Assembly (NCBI GenBank): GCA_002868925.1
Contig: PKTZ01000020.1
Span: 3,710-67,709, forward strand
DNA from: Desulfuromonas sp.
Lineage (GTDB): Bacteria; Desulfobacterota; Desulfuromonadia; Desulfuromonadales; UBA2294
Direction of reading: 5' to 3'
DNA: 64,000 bases
This document shows positions 1-7,448 of the stretch, piece by piece. The notes below the pieces were generated by a model. The model saw only the letters and a program-made list of their open reading frames with translations. It was not told where the DNA came from and made no database searches. Within the stretch, counting starts at the first letter, position 1; each line of letters begins with the position of its first letter. Both the position numbers and the translations under genes were made by a program.

Positions 1-13
1 GCGGGGTGGCGCC

Positions 14-2275
14 ATGACTTTCTTCGGGAAATCGTTCGTCTCCAGGCTGGTCGCAGGGTTTCTCGTCCTCTCGTTGCTGGCGGTGGCCGCAACCAGTCTC
101 GTCGCATTCTCCGTCGCCCGCAAAATCCTGTACGGGTCGGTTTACGATCGATTGACCGTCGCCGCGACCCTGAAAGAGAACGAACTGGATCGATGGATCG
201 AAGACCAGAAGCAGGAGGTTGTCTATCTTGCCAAGTCTCCTGCGATCAGGGACAACGCGGCAATCCTGATCGGACGTGACGAGAACCATCCTTACTATCA
301 ACAAGCCCACATTGCGTTGACGGAGAACTGTAACGCCTTTATCAAGCGTAACCCCTATTTTCGAGAAATCGAAATCATTTCTGCCGAGGGGGTGGTTCTT
401 TATTCGACCCAGATCGAGCATGAAAAAAGCTTCCATAACCATGACACCTTCTTCCTGGAAGGGTTGAAAAATACCTATATCCAGAATGTCTACCCCTCAT
501 CGTCCAATTACGAGCCGACCCTGACCGTGGCGACACCGATGACCAACGAATTCGGGATCAAAAACGGGGTGTTGGCGGTGCATTTCAACCTCGAGTGGAT
601 GAACCGGCTGATTATTGAAAACATCGGCCTGGGCGAGACCGGGGTGACATACCTGATCGATCAGTATGGCGATTTCGTAACCCAAGTTTATGGCGATGCC
701 GATGATTATCCCGGAGGTGTTCATACCGAAGGGATCGATGCCGCGATCAGCGGTAAGAACGGATTCGGACAATACCTGAACTTCAGGGGGGAACAGGTGC
801 TCGGCGTCTATCGCTGGCTGGAAGAGAGACAGCTGGCCCTACTTTGCGAGATTAGTACGGAGGAAGCCCTGGCCCCGGCCCGCAGTGTCGGAATGACCAT
901 CATTTTGTTCGGCTCCTTTATTTCAGTACTGTCGGCGGTCGCAATCTACCTGCTGGCCCGCCAGATTGCCAAGCCGGTTATTTCAATGGCAAAAACCTCT
1001 TCACGGATCGCCGATGGCGACCTCGATCTCAACGTCCCGGTCAAGTATGATGATGAAGTCGGCGAGCTGGCCCGTTCTTTCAACCGGATGGTTGAGCAGC
1101 TCCGCAATATGTACCTCACTGCGAGCCGGAGCGAGGAAAAGTACCGGTTGCTGGTCGAGAACCAGACCGATATGGTGGTCAAGATCGACCCTGAGATGCG
1201 ACTCCTCTTCGCAAGCCCGAGCTTCTGCGAAATGTTCGGGGTTGAAGAGAACGAGGTTCTCGGTAAGAAATTTACGCATTTCGATACGGTGCAGGACGAG
1301 GAATCACTGGCGGTTTTTGTCAACTCGATGTTGTCGCCACCGTACTCCGATTTCCATGAACACCAGGCCGAGACCGAGTTCGGAATGCGCTGGTTCGCCT
1401 GGGTCAGTACTGCCGTTCTCGACGCGGATGGCGGGTTGGCTGAGATCGTTTCGGTCGGGCGGGATGTAACCGACCGCAAAATGGCCGAAGTCGAATTGGA
1501 AAAATACCAGAAGAACCTCGAGTCGATTATCGAAGAACGGACGTCGCGGCTACGCGATACCCAGTCGGAACTGCTGCAGAAAGAGCGGCTGGCAGCCCTC
1601 GGGCAGCTGGCGGCGACCGTCAGTCATGAAATCCGCAACCCGCTCGGAACAATTCGGAACGCCGTCTATTCGCTCGATGAGGCAATCACCCGCAGCGAGT
1701 ATGATTATGTCAGCAAGATGACTGAGTTGGCGGAACGGAACATCGATCGTTGCGACCGCATTATCAACGAGATGCTCGATTTTACCCGGAACCGGCAGCT
1801 GATCGAGGAGCAGATCGATTTCGATCAGTGGCTTGAAGCGCTGCTGGACGAGCAGACGATACCGGACGATATCCAGTTGCAGCGCGACCTGAAGTGTGGC
1901 AGCGTGGTTAATTTCGACACCGAGTTGCTCCGGCGGGTTATTCTCAATATACTGACAAATGCCTTCCAGGCATTCGATGGGAAAGAGAATGACGTCAACC
2001 GGGTCACCATGTCGTCCCGTCTCCCGCAGGAGGCGGGTGAGCTTGAGGTGACGATTTCCGATAATGGTTGCGGGATCAGCGAGGAGAACATGGCCAAAAT
2101 ATTCGAGCCATTGTTCAGCACTAAAGGGTTCGGGGTCGGTCTCGGCATGGCTATCGTTAAGAACATTATCGAGGATCATTCGGGGGAACTCCTTGTTGAC
2201 AGTCTGCCAGGAGATGGGACATCGGTTACGTTCCGGATTCCGGTCAAGGCGAAAGCGGCTTCAGCGGATGAATAA
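14..2275 (+). CDS. Membrane sensor histidine kinase (extracytoplasmic Cache-like domain, HAMP, PAS, HisKA, HATPase_c)
   Basis: 753-aa ORF. Two TM segments (FLVLSLLAVAATSLVAF; IILFGSFISVLSAVAIYLLA) bracket a ~270-aa sensor domain. HAMP-like linker ELARSFNRMVEQL, PAS YRLLVENQTDMVVKID, H-box SHEIRNPL, G-boxes DNGCGI and GFGVGLGM. Confidence 0.9.
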   Translation: MTFFGKSFVSRLVAGFLVLSLLAVAATSLVAFSVARKILYGSVYDRLTVAATLKENELDRWIEDQKQEVVYLAKSPAIRDNAAILIGRDENHPYYQQAHIALTENCNAFIKRNPYFREIEIISAEGVVLYSTQIEHEKSFHNHDTFFLEGLKNTYIQNVYPSSSNYEPTLTVATPMTNEFGIKNGVLAVHFNLEWMNRLIIENIGLGETGVTYLIDQYGDFVTQVYGDADDYPGGVHTEGIDAAISGKNGFGQYLNFRGEQVLGVYRWLEERQLALLCEISTEEALAPARSVGMTIILFGSFISVLSAVAIYLLARQIAKPVISMAKTSSRIADGDLDLNVPVKYDDEVGELARSFNRMVEQLRNMYLTASRSEEKYRLLVENQTDMVVKIDPEMRLLFASPSFCEMFGVEENEVLGKKFTHFDTVQDEESLAVFVNSMLSPPYSDFHEHQAETEFGMRWFAWVSTAVLDADGGLAEIVSVGRDVTDRKMAEVELEKYQKNLESIIEERTSRLRDTQSELLQKERLAALGQLAATVSHEIRNPLGTIRNAVYSLDEAITRSEYDYVSKMTELAERNIDRCDRIINEMLDFTRNRQLIEEQIDFDQWLEALLDEQTIPDDIQLQRDLKCGSVVNFDTELLRRVILNILTNAFQAFDGKENDVNRVTMSSRLPQEAGELEVTISDNGCGISEENMAKIFEPLFSTKGFGVGLGMAIVKNIIEDHSGELLVDSLPGDGTSVTFRIPVKAKAASADE

Positions 2276-2636
2276 GGTCGGAAAAATACTTCTGATCGAA
2301 GACGACCGGGACTTTTCCGAGAGTCTGGCGATCATGATGCGGATGCGCGGTTACGAGCTTGTTACCGTTTGCGGTGCTGAAGAAGCGATGGAGCAGATCG
2401 ACGGGGAACGTTTCGGCCTGATTATCGTCGACTTCAGGCTGCCCGGGATGTCGGGTGGCGAGTTCCTGGATTGGGCGCACCGTCATTCTCCGGATACGTC
2501 GACGGTGCTGATGACCGGTTGCGATCGCAACGCGCCCGAGATCGAATCCGTCAAGGAAAGTGGCGTTGATGAAATTCTTTATAAACCTTTCAAAATTAAA
2601 CACTTACTTTCAATTGTCGAGAATTCACTGAAATGA
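2268..2636 (+). CDS. Single-domain response regulator (REC only)
   Basis: ATG 2268 overlaps the kinase stop (ATGAATAA), so the two are probably translationally coupled. Track ORF 2064..2636 trimmed to MNKVGKILLIEDD. REC hallmarks: acidic pair DD, acceptor Asp in IIVDFRLPGMSG, LMTG, KPF. Confidence 0.85.
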   Translation: MNKVGKILLIEDDRDFSESLAIMMRMRGYELVTVCGAEEAMEQIDGERFGLIIVDFRLPGMSGGEFLDWAHRHSPDTSTVLMTGCDRNAPEIESVKESGVDEILYKPFKIKHLLSIVENSLK

Positions 2637-2675
2637 TATTGGCGCGCATATTTCGATTTATTCAAGGGTGAGTGT

Positions 2676-3353
2676 ATGCAACTGAAGGATGATTTATTGC
2701 AATGTCCGATGTTCTCCGGGGTGACCGATGAAGACCTGAAATTCCTGGCCGGAGTCATCCGGCAGAGGGTCTGCGAGAAGGGCGAGCTTCTCTTTTCGGA
2801 AGGGGATGCCGCCGCCGGTTTTTACGTGCTGGCCGAGGGACGGGTCAAGGTTTACAAGCTTTCGCCCGATGGCAAGGAGCGGATTCTGCATATCGTCCAG
2901 CCCGGCACCTCCTTTGCCGAAGCGGCGATCTTCGGTGACGGTCATTATCCGGCCTATGCCGAACCGCTGCAGAAGTCGCGGTTGCTCTTCTTTCCGAAAC
3001 GGGAGTTTCTCGACCTGCTGCACAATAAATCACAGATTGCGATCAACATGATCGGCGGTCTCTCCCGGTTCCTGCGGCAATTTGCCACTCAGGTCGAGCA
3101 GCTTACCTTCCAGGATGTCCCGGCCCGCCTGGCCAAGTATATCCTGGGCCTCGCCGGTGACGAGAATGACGAAGTGCTCCTGCCGATTCCGAAAGGGGAG
3201 CTCGCTTCAAACCTTGGGACGGTCAGTGAGACCCTGTCTCGAACCTTCCGCAAGCTATCGGAGGAGGGGCTGATTTCGGTCAAGGGGAAGCAGATCCGAA
3301 TCGAGGACCGGGACAGCCTCGAAGATATCGCCGAGAGCACCAAGGAGAGGTAG
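2676..3353 (+). CDS. Crp/Fnr-family transcription regulator (cNMP-binding-like domain plus C-terminal HTH); lacks the N-terminal Cys cluster of true FNR
   Basis: 225 aa. Beta-roll effector domain (FSEGDAAAGFYVLAEGRVKVYKLSPDGKERIL) and HTH (ELASNLGTVSETLSRTFRKLSEEGLI). Only one Cys in the N-terminus. Confidence 0.9.
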   Translation: MQLKDDLLQCPMFSGVTDEDLKFLAGVIRQRVCEKGELLFSEGDAAAGFYVLAEGRVKVYKLSPDGKERILHIVQPGTSFAEAAIFGDGHYPAYAEPLQKSRLLFFPKREFLDLLHNKSQIAINMIGGLSRFLRQFATQVEQLTFQDVPARLAKYILGLAGDENDEVLLPIPKGELASNLGTVSETLSRTFRKLSEEGLISVKGKQIRIEDRDSLEDIAESTKER

Positions 3354-3369
3354 TCGATTCAATCCGGTT

Positions 3370-3383
3370 TTGACTTCGGTCAA
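3370..3383. promoter_or_regulatory. Perfect FNR/CRP-type palindrome TTGACTTCGGTCAA (TTGAC-N4-GTCAA)
   Basis: Read directly. Centre lies 42.5 bp upstream of ATG 3419 and 17 bp after the Crp/Fnr gene stop. Confidence 0.6.
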
Positions 3384-3418
3384 GGTTTTGTCCGTTTATC
3401 CATGTCAGGATAGCCCCG

Positions 3419-4552
3419 ATGAAAAAATACTTTCAAAACAGATTAGTGCTGCTCTCGGCTTTCTTTACTGTGGTGATCGCAGGTTGTGCCGCTGTACCAC
3501 CTGTTACTGATCTGCCGTCAGATTATCAGCTAAACCAGGTCGGCTCGCTCGGGAAGGGGGACGCGGTAGCCTGGCACCCCGACGGCGAACGTTTCTCCGC
3601 CGCTGGCAAGCGTCTCATGGTTGGATCGGTCGATGGTAACCTGGTTACGATCGACGGTGACGATCCGGCTGCTATCGCCTGGTCACCGACCGGGGCGGTT
3701 CTGGCGGCATCATTCATTGATGGAACTGAAACAACGGTCCGCCTTTACGATGTCGACACCTGGAACAAAATCGCCGAGATCGCGGTTGAGGGCAGGGCGC
3801 GCGATCTCGCCTTTATCGACGATACGGCGCTGCTCATCGCCTCGGTTCTGCTCAAGGAATATTCTTTCGGAGCCAACTATACGGTCCGCCTCTACACCTG
3901 GCGCCAGAATGAACCGCTCGCTTACGATACTATTGCCGACACCTCGCCGCTCAAGTCGTTCCTGGAAGCGCTGGGCGATTCGATCTACGACTCGGTCCAC
4001 CTACAGATATCGCCATTTCGGGACGAGATCCTCTACACCAAGCTATTGTTGACACCGAACGCCGGGCGCAAGGCTCAGCTGGTGGTCCGGCATCTTGCCA
4101 CTGGCCGCGAGCGGATCGTTGCCGCTTTGCCGGCCACTAGTTCCGGCGGACGCTACTTGGCCAAGGGAGACGCCATCTTCTTCAGTGACGGCGCTTACCA
4201 GTCGATCAAGGGGTCGATTTGGGGGACCGAGCCGTACGAAACCTACCTCCCCGGCCTCAGGCTCGAAATCTCGCCGGGAGGGCGTTACAAGCTGATCGAT
4301 AACGCCTTGCTGAAAGACCGCGAAGAGATATTGAAATTCAAAGTACTCGACAGTGCCGCCTTCAGCCCGGACGGCTCCAAACTGCTGCTGCTTGCCGACG
4401 GAACATTGTTCCTGCTTTCGTTTTTTGATGATGCTGTAGTTGATCGTCCGTCCGCGACCCCGAAACTGTTGGAGCTGCGCAGCTGGCGTAGCGAAGGGCT
4501 GATCAGTCCGCAGGAATTCCTGCGCTACCAGCGCCAACTGGAGAATAGATGA
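3419..4552 (+). CDS. Lipoprotein with WD40/TolB-like beta-propeller repeats and a SHOCT-like C-terminal tail
   Basis: Lipobox signal MKKYFQNRLVLLSAFFTVVIAGC. Repeated AWHPDG / AWSPTG / AFSPDG propeller-type motifs. C-terminal LRSWRSEGLISPQEFLRYQRQL. Stop overlaps the next start (ATGA). Confidence 0.75.
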   Translation: MKKYFQNRLVLLSAFFTVVIAGCAAVPPVTDLPSDYQLNQVGSLGKGDAVAWHPDGERFSAAGKRLMVGSVDGNLVTIDGDDPAAIAWSPTGAVLAASFIDGTETTVRLYDVDTWNKIAEIAVEGRARDLAFIDDTALLIASVLLKEYSFGANYTVRLYTWRQNEPLAYDTIADTSPLKSFLEALGDSIYDSVHLQISPFRDEILYTKLLLTPNAGRKAQLVVRHLATGRERIVAALPATSSGGRYLAKGDAIFFSDGAYQSIKGSIWGTEPYETYLPGLRLEISPGGRYKLIDNALLKDREEILKFKVLDSAAFSPDGSKLLLLADGTLFLLSFFDDAVVDRPSATPKLLELRSWRSEGLISPQEFLRYQRQLENR

Positions 4553-5448
4553 TCATTTTACGACCGCTTCTCATAACGGCGCTATTTCTTTTATCCGTGA
4601 TCTCGACGGTTGTCGCCGCCGAATCCTGTCTCGACTGTCACCAAGACGAGACGCCGGGAGCGGTGCGGCAATGGCAGGAGTCAGCCCATGCCGTCGATGT
4701 CGGTTGCGCCGATTGCCACAAGGGTGATCATGAAGCGATCGTCGCCGGTGAAGCGCCGGTCGTCGCTGCCGTCTGCGGTGAATGTCATCGTGATGAATAC
4801 AGTCAACACACTGACAGCCGGCACGGCATGGGGCTGCATGCCGGCTGGGGCTGTACCCGCAACATGCCGGACCGTAACAAGGAAGAATGCCGCTTCTGTC
4901 ACGAAGAGGGGAGCACGCTGCCCCGAACGATCGTCCATTGTGCCCGTTTCCTCAAGCAGAGCAGCGAGATGGGGATGATCGGCTGCAACCGCTGTCACCA
5001 GGTCGAAAACAACTGTGCCTCCTGCCACAGCAACCACCTGACCCGTCCGGAGATCGCCGCCGATCCGAAGGTCTGCGCCAAGTGCCACATGGGGCCGGAT
5101 CACCCGCAGTGGGAGATGTGGGAGACCTCAATGCACGGCACACTCTATTCCTCGGCAGGCCCCGAAGTCGGGCCGAGTTGCCAGCTCTGTCACATGCCTG
5201 ATGGCAGCCATGACGTTTCACGCGGCCTGACATCACCGCCGAGCATGAAGCCGTACACGGAAGCCGAACAGGCCGGGCAACGCGATGAGATGATCGAAAT
5301 CTGTAGCCAGTGCCACGCGGCCGATTTCGCCCGCCGTGATCTGGCTGCTGCCGACGCCGTGCGCAGACAAGGCCTCGCCCTTGTTGCAGAGGCGGAAGAG
5401 GTGGTGCGGGATATAAACGACCGCAATCTGCTCGACCCGCCGCCGTAG
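4549..5448 (+). CDS. Multiheme c-type cytochrome, hydroxylamine-oxidoreductase (HAO)-like, N-terminal heme-binding part; ends at an in-frame TAG
   Basis: Signal peptide. Nine CXXCH motifs (CLDCH, CADCH, CGECH, CRFCH, CNRCH, CASCH, CAKCH, CQLCH, CSQCH). HAO-type motif CAKCHMGPDHPQWEMWETSMHG. Confidence 0.85.
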   Translation: MIILRPLLITALFLLSVISTVVAAESCLDCHQDETPGAVRQWQESAHAVDVGCADCHKGDHEAIVAGEAPVVAAVCGECHRDEYSQHTDSRHGMGLHAGWGCTRNMPDRNKEECRFCHEEGSTLPRTIVHCARFLKQSSEMGMIGCNRCHQVENNCASCHSNHLTRPEIAADPKVCAKCHMGPDHPQWEMWETSMHGTLYSSAGPEVGPSCQLCHMPDGSHDVSRGLTSPPSMKPYTEAEQAGQRDEMIEICSQCHAADFARRDLAAADAVRRQGLALVAEAEEVVRDINDRNLLDPPP

Positions 5449-5499
5449 AAGCGGCCAAAACACCCACTGCAGGGGAATAAACTGGTCACCGACGGCGAG

Positions 5500-5832
5500 A
5501 TGCTCTACGAGGACTACTCGCACATCGAGCGGCTGTTCTTCAAGATGAAGAAGTACTCCCTGGCCAAAACAGTCAAGGGCGCCTACCACCAGAACCCGGC
5601 CTACACCCACTGGTACGGCAACGCCGAGATGAAGATGGACCTGGTCGATATCAAGGCCGAGGCGAGCCGGTTGAAAAAGATGGCCGCCCCGGTGAAGACG
5701 GCAACCACGAGCGATGACAGCAGTTTCGAAGCTAAGCTGAAACTGCTCAAGAAAAAGTTCGATCGCGGAGCATTGAACAAGGAAGAGTACGAACAGGAGA
5801 AGAGAGTGCTGATGCAGGGCTACCTCGAGTAG
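5500..5832 (+). CDS. Same-frame continuation of the HAO-like cytochrome (helical C-terminal region plus SHOCT-like tail)
   Basis: Same frame as 4549..5448, with only TAG 5446..5448 between them. Codons 5449..5499 are open (KRPKHPLQGNKLVTDGE). No Shine-Dalgarno before ATG 5500. Tail KLKLLKKKFDRGALNKEEYEQEKRVLMQGYL. Confidence 0.6.
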   Translation: MLYEDYSHIERLFFKMKKYSLAKTVKGAYHQNPAYTHWYGNAEMKMDLVDIKAEASRLKKMAAPVKTATTSDDSSFEAKLKLLKKKFDRGALNKEEYEQEKRVLMQGYLE

Positions 5833-5856
5833 TCCAGCCTGCGCTATAATCGAGTC

Positions 5857-6234
5857 ATGAAGATGGATGCGGCAAACAAGAGTGAACTGACCAAGAAAGA
5901 GCTGAAGGACCTGCGCGTGCTGGCCCAGTTTACTTCGGTCTATTGCAAAGCCCATCACGACACGGAGCGGTCGCCGCTCGCCGCCGACACTCAGGGAGTC
6001 GCCGAACTGAATGTAAGTAAATACCCGGTCTGCCCGGAGTGCAGCGATTTTCTCTACTACGCGATCAAGCGTCGCCTCTATTGCCCACTCGATCCGAAGC
6101 CGACCTGCAAGCACTGCCCGGTACATTGCTACAAGCCCGACTATCGTCAGAAGGTGAAGGAGATCATGCGCTTTTCCGGAAAATACCTGATGTTGCGCGG
6201 TCGCCTCGATCTGCTCTGGCACTACTTCTTCTAG
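5857..6234 (+). CDS. ygbA: YgbA-like 'nitrous oxide-stimulated promoter' family Cys-rich protein
   Basis: 125 aa. Motifs VYCKAHH, CPECSDFLYYAIKRRLYCPLDPKPTCKHCPVHCYKPDYRQKVKEIMRFSG match my recollection of the YgbA family. Confidence 0.7.
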   Translation: MKMDAANKSELTKKELKDLRVLAQFTSVYCKAHHDTERSPLAADTQGVAELNVSKYPVCPECSDFLYYAIKRRLYCPLDPKPTCKHCPVHCYKPDYRQKVKEIMRFSGKYLMLRGRLDLLWHYFF

Positions 6235-6261
6235 AACCCCTTTAAGGATAGTAGTCGTTTG

Positions 6262-6374
6262 ATGGGACTGTCCACATAAGGGGGCTGTCCCTCTGGTTTT
6301 GCTGTGTGAACTGCCGCGGCACCAGCCTCTGTAATTATATCGGGACAGCCCCCGTTGGAACCGGGGACAGCCCC
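6262..6374. repeat. Cluster of GGGACAGCCCC-type motifs forming a long hairpin
   Basis: GGGGGCTGTCCC (6280..6291) is the exact reverse complement of GGGACAGCCCCC (6342..6353). A third copy GGGGACAGCCCC lies at 6363..6374 and a degenerate GGGACTGTCC at 6264..6273. Confidence 0.6.
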
Positions 6375-6434
6375 GGGTTGGTTTTCTCGGTTAATTGCCT
6401 TCATGACAACCGATTTATCACTTTTCTGTATTTT

Positions 6435-6448
6435 TTGACGCGCGTCAA
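6435..6448. promoter_or_regulatory. Perfect FNR/CRP-type palindrome TTGACGCGCGTCAA (TTGAC-N4-GTCAA)
   Basis: Read directly. Centre 6441.5, upstream of the Fe-S protein gene at 6536. Confidence 0.65.
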
Positions 6449-6467
6449 AGATGTTGTCGGACTGTTT

Positions 6468-6476
6468 TGATATTCT
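6468..6476 (+). promoter_or_regulatory. Extended -10 candidate TGATATTCT
   Basis: TGn plus TATTCT. Predicted TSS ~6483 puts the upstream palindrome centre at about -41.5, the class II activator geometry. Confidence 0.45.
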
Positions 6477-6535
6477 CTGCTTAACAATTGACGAATTGAT
6501 CAACCGAAAACGTTTTTTAGATAAAGGAGAAAGAC

Positions 6536-7330
6536 ATGATCCGCGACATCGTACTCATCGACGAAGAAAAATGTGACGGCTGCGGCCTCTGCGTACCGGC
6601 CTGCGCCGAAGGGGCGATCCAGATCGTCGACGGCAAGGCGAAACTGGCGGCTGATAACCTCTGCGACGGCCTCGGCGCCTGTCTCGGCCATTGTCCGCAG
6701 GACGCGATCAAGGTGGTCAAGCGCGAAGCGGATGAGTTCGACGAGGTGGCGGTCGAGCAGCATTTGAAGGAGACCGCACCGGAGAAACTGGAAGAGTTCC
6801 ATGCCGAGCACGGACACGCACCGACCGGTGGCGGCTGCCCTTCGGCCCAGGTTCAGAACTTCGCCAAGCAGGCCGCTCCCGTTGGCGGTGGTTGCCCGTC
6901 GGCGCGGATGATGAATTTCGACAGCAAGCCGCAAACGGATGCTGATGATCAGGCGGGTCAGCGCCCGTCCGAGCTGCGCCAGTGGCCGGTTCAGCTTCAC
7001 CTGGTACCGCCGACCGCACCGTTCTTCCAGAATGCCGATGTTGTGTTGGCGGCCGATTGCGCGGCGTTTGCCTACGGTGATTTCCATAAGGATATTATCA
7101 AGGACAAGGCGTTGGCGATCGCCTGCCCGAAGCTCGACGACACCACACCTTACATCGACAAACTGACGGCGATGATCACCCAGAGCAATATCAAGAGCCT
7201 GACCGTCGTGTTGATGGAAGTTCCCTGCTGTGGCGGCCTGCTGGCGATGGCGAAACAGGCGATCGCCAACAGCGGAAAGGATATCCCGCTGGAGACGATC
7301 GTCGTCGGTATCCAGGGTGATATCAAGTAG
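6536..7330 (+). CDS. 4Fe-4S ferredoxin-domain protein with Cys-rich C-terminal domain
   Basis: RBS AAAGGAGAAAG. N-terminal CDGCGLCVPACAEG and CDGLGACLGHCP cluster motifs. Duplicated GGGCPSA motif. C-terminal CPKLDD and EVPCCGG. Confidence 0.8.
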   Translation: MIRDIVLIDEEKCDGCGLCVPACAEGAIQIVDGKAKLAADNLCDGLGACLGHCPQDAIKVVKREADEFDEVAVEQHLKETAPEKLEEFHAEHGHAPTGGGCPSAQVQNFAKQAAPVGGGCPSARMMNFDSKPQTDADDQAGQRPSELRQWPVQLHLVPPTAPFFQNADVVLAADCAAFAYGDFHKDIIKDKALAIACPKLDDTTPYIDKLTAMITQSNIKSLTVVLMEVPCCGGLLAMAKQAIANSGKDIPLETIVVGIQGDIK

Positions 7331-7360
7331 TTCCGAGAAAGCTTGTTCATCGTTTATAAA

Positions 7361-7392
7361 GGGCCCGGAATATTCCGGGCCTTTTATTTTTT
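7361..7392 (+). terminator. Rho-independent terminator
   Basis: GGCCCGGAA-TA-TTCCGGGCC hairpin followed by TTTTATTTTTT. Confidence 0.8.
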
Positions 7393-7419
7393 GACAGCAC
7401 CGATACAGTTGCGTAAATT
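7391..7419 (+). promoter_or_regulatory. Sigma70-like promoter candidate (TTGACA-N17-TAAATT)
   Basis: -35 TTGACA at 7391..7396, 17-nt spacer, -10 TAAATT at 7414..7419, ~30 nt before the HD-protein start. Confidence 0.5.
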
Positions 7420-7448
7420 GAAGTAATTTCAATCCGATGGAGGCTGTC

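Noticed and set aside
5446-5448. TAG in the HAO-like gene read as pyrrolysine
   Set aside because: No pyl genes are visible in the window, and I know of no HAO-family protein that uses Pyl. A nonsense mutation or sequencing error is more economical. The window alone cannot formally exclude Pyl.
6231-6503. 90-aa minus-strand ORF in the ygbA/Fe-S gene spacer
   Set aside because: It is made up largely of the GGGACAGCCCC repeats and the FNR-type box. It has no RBS and an implausible composition.
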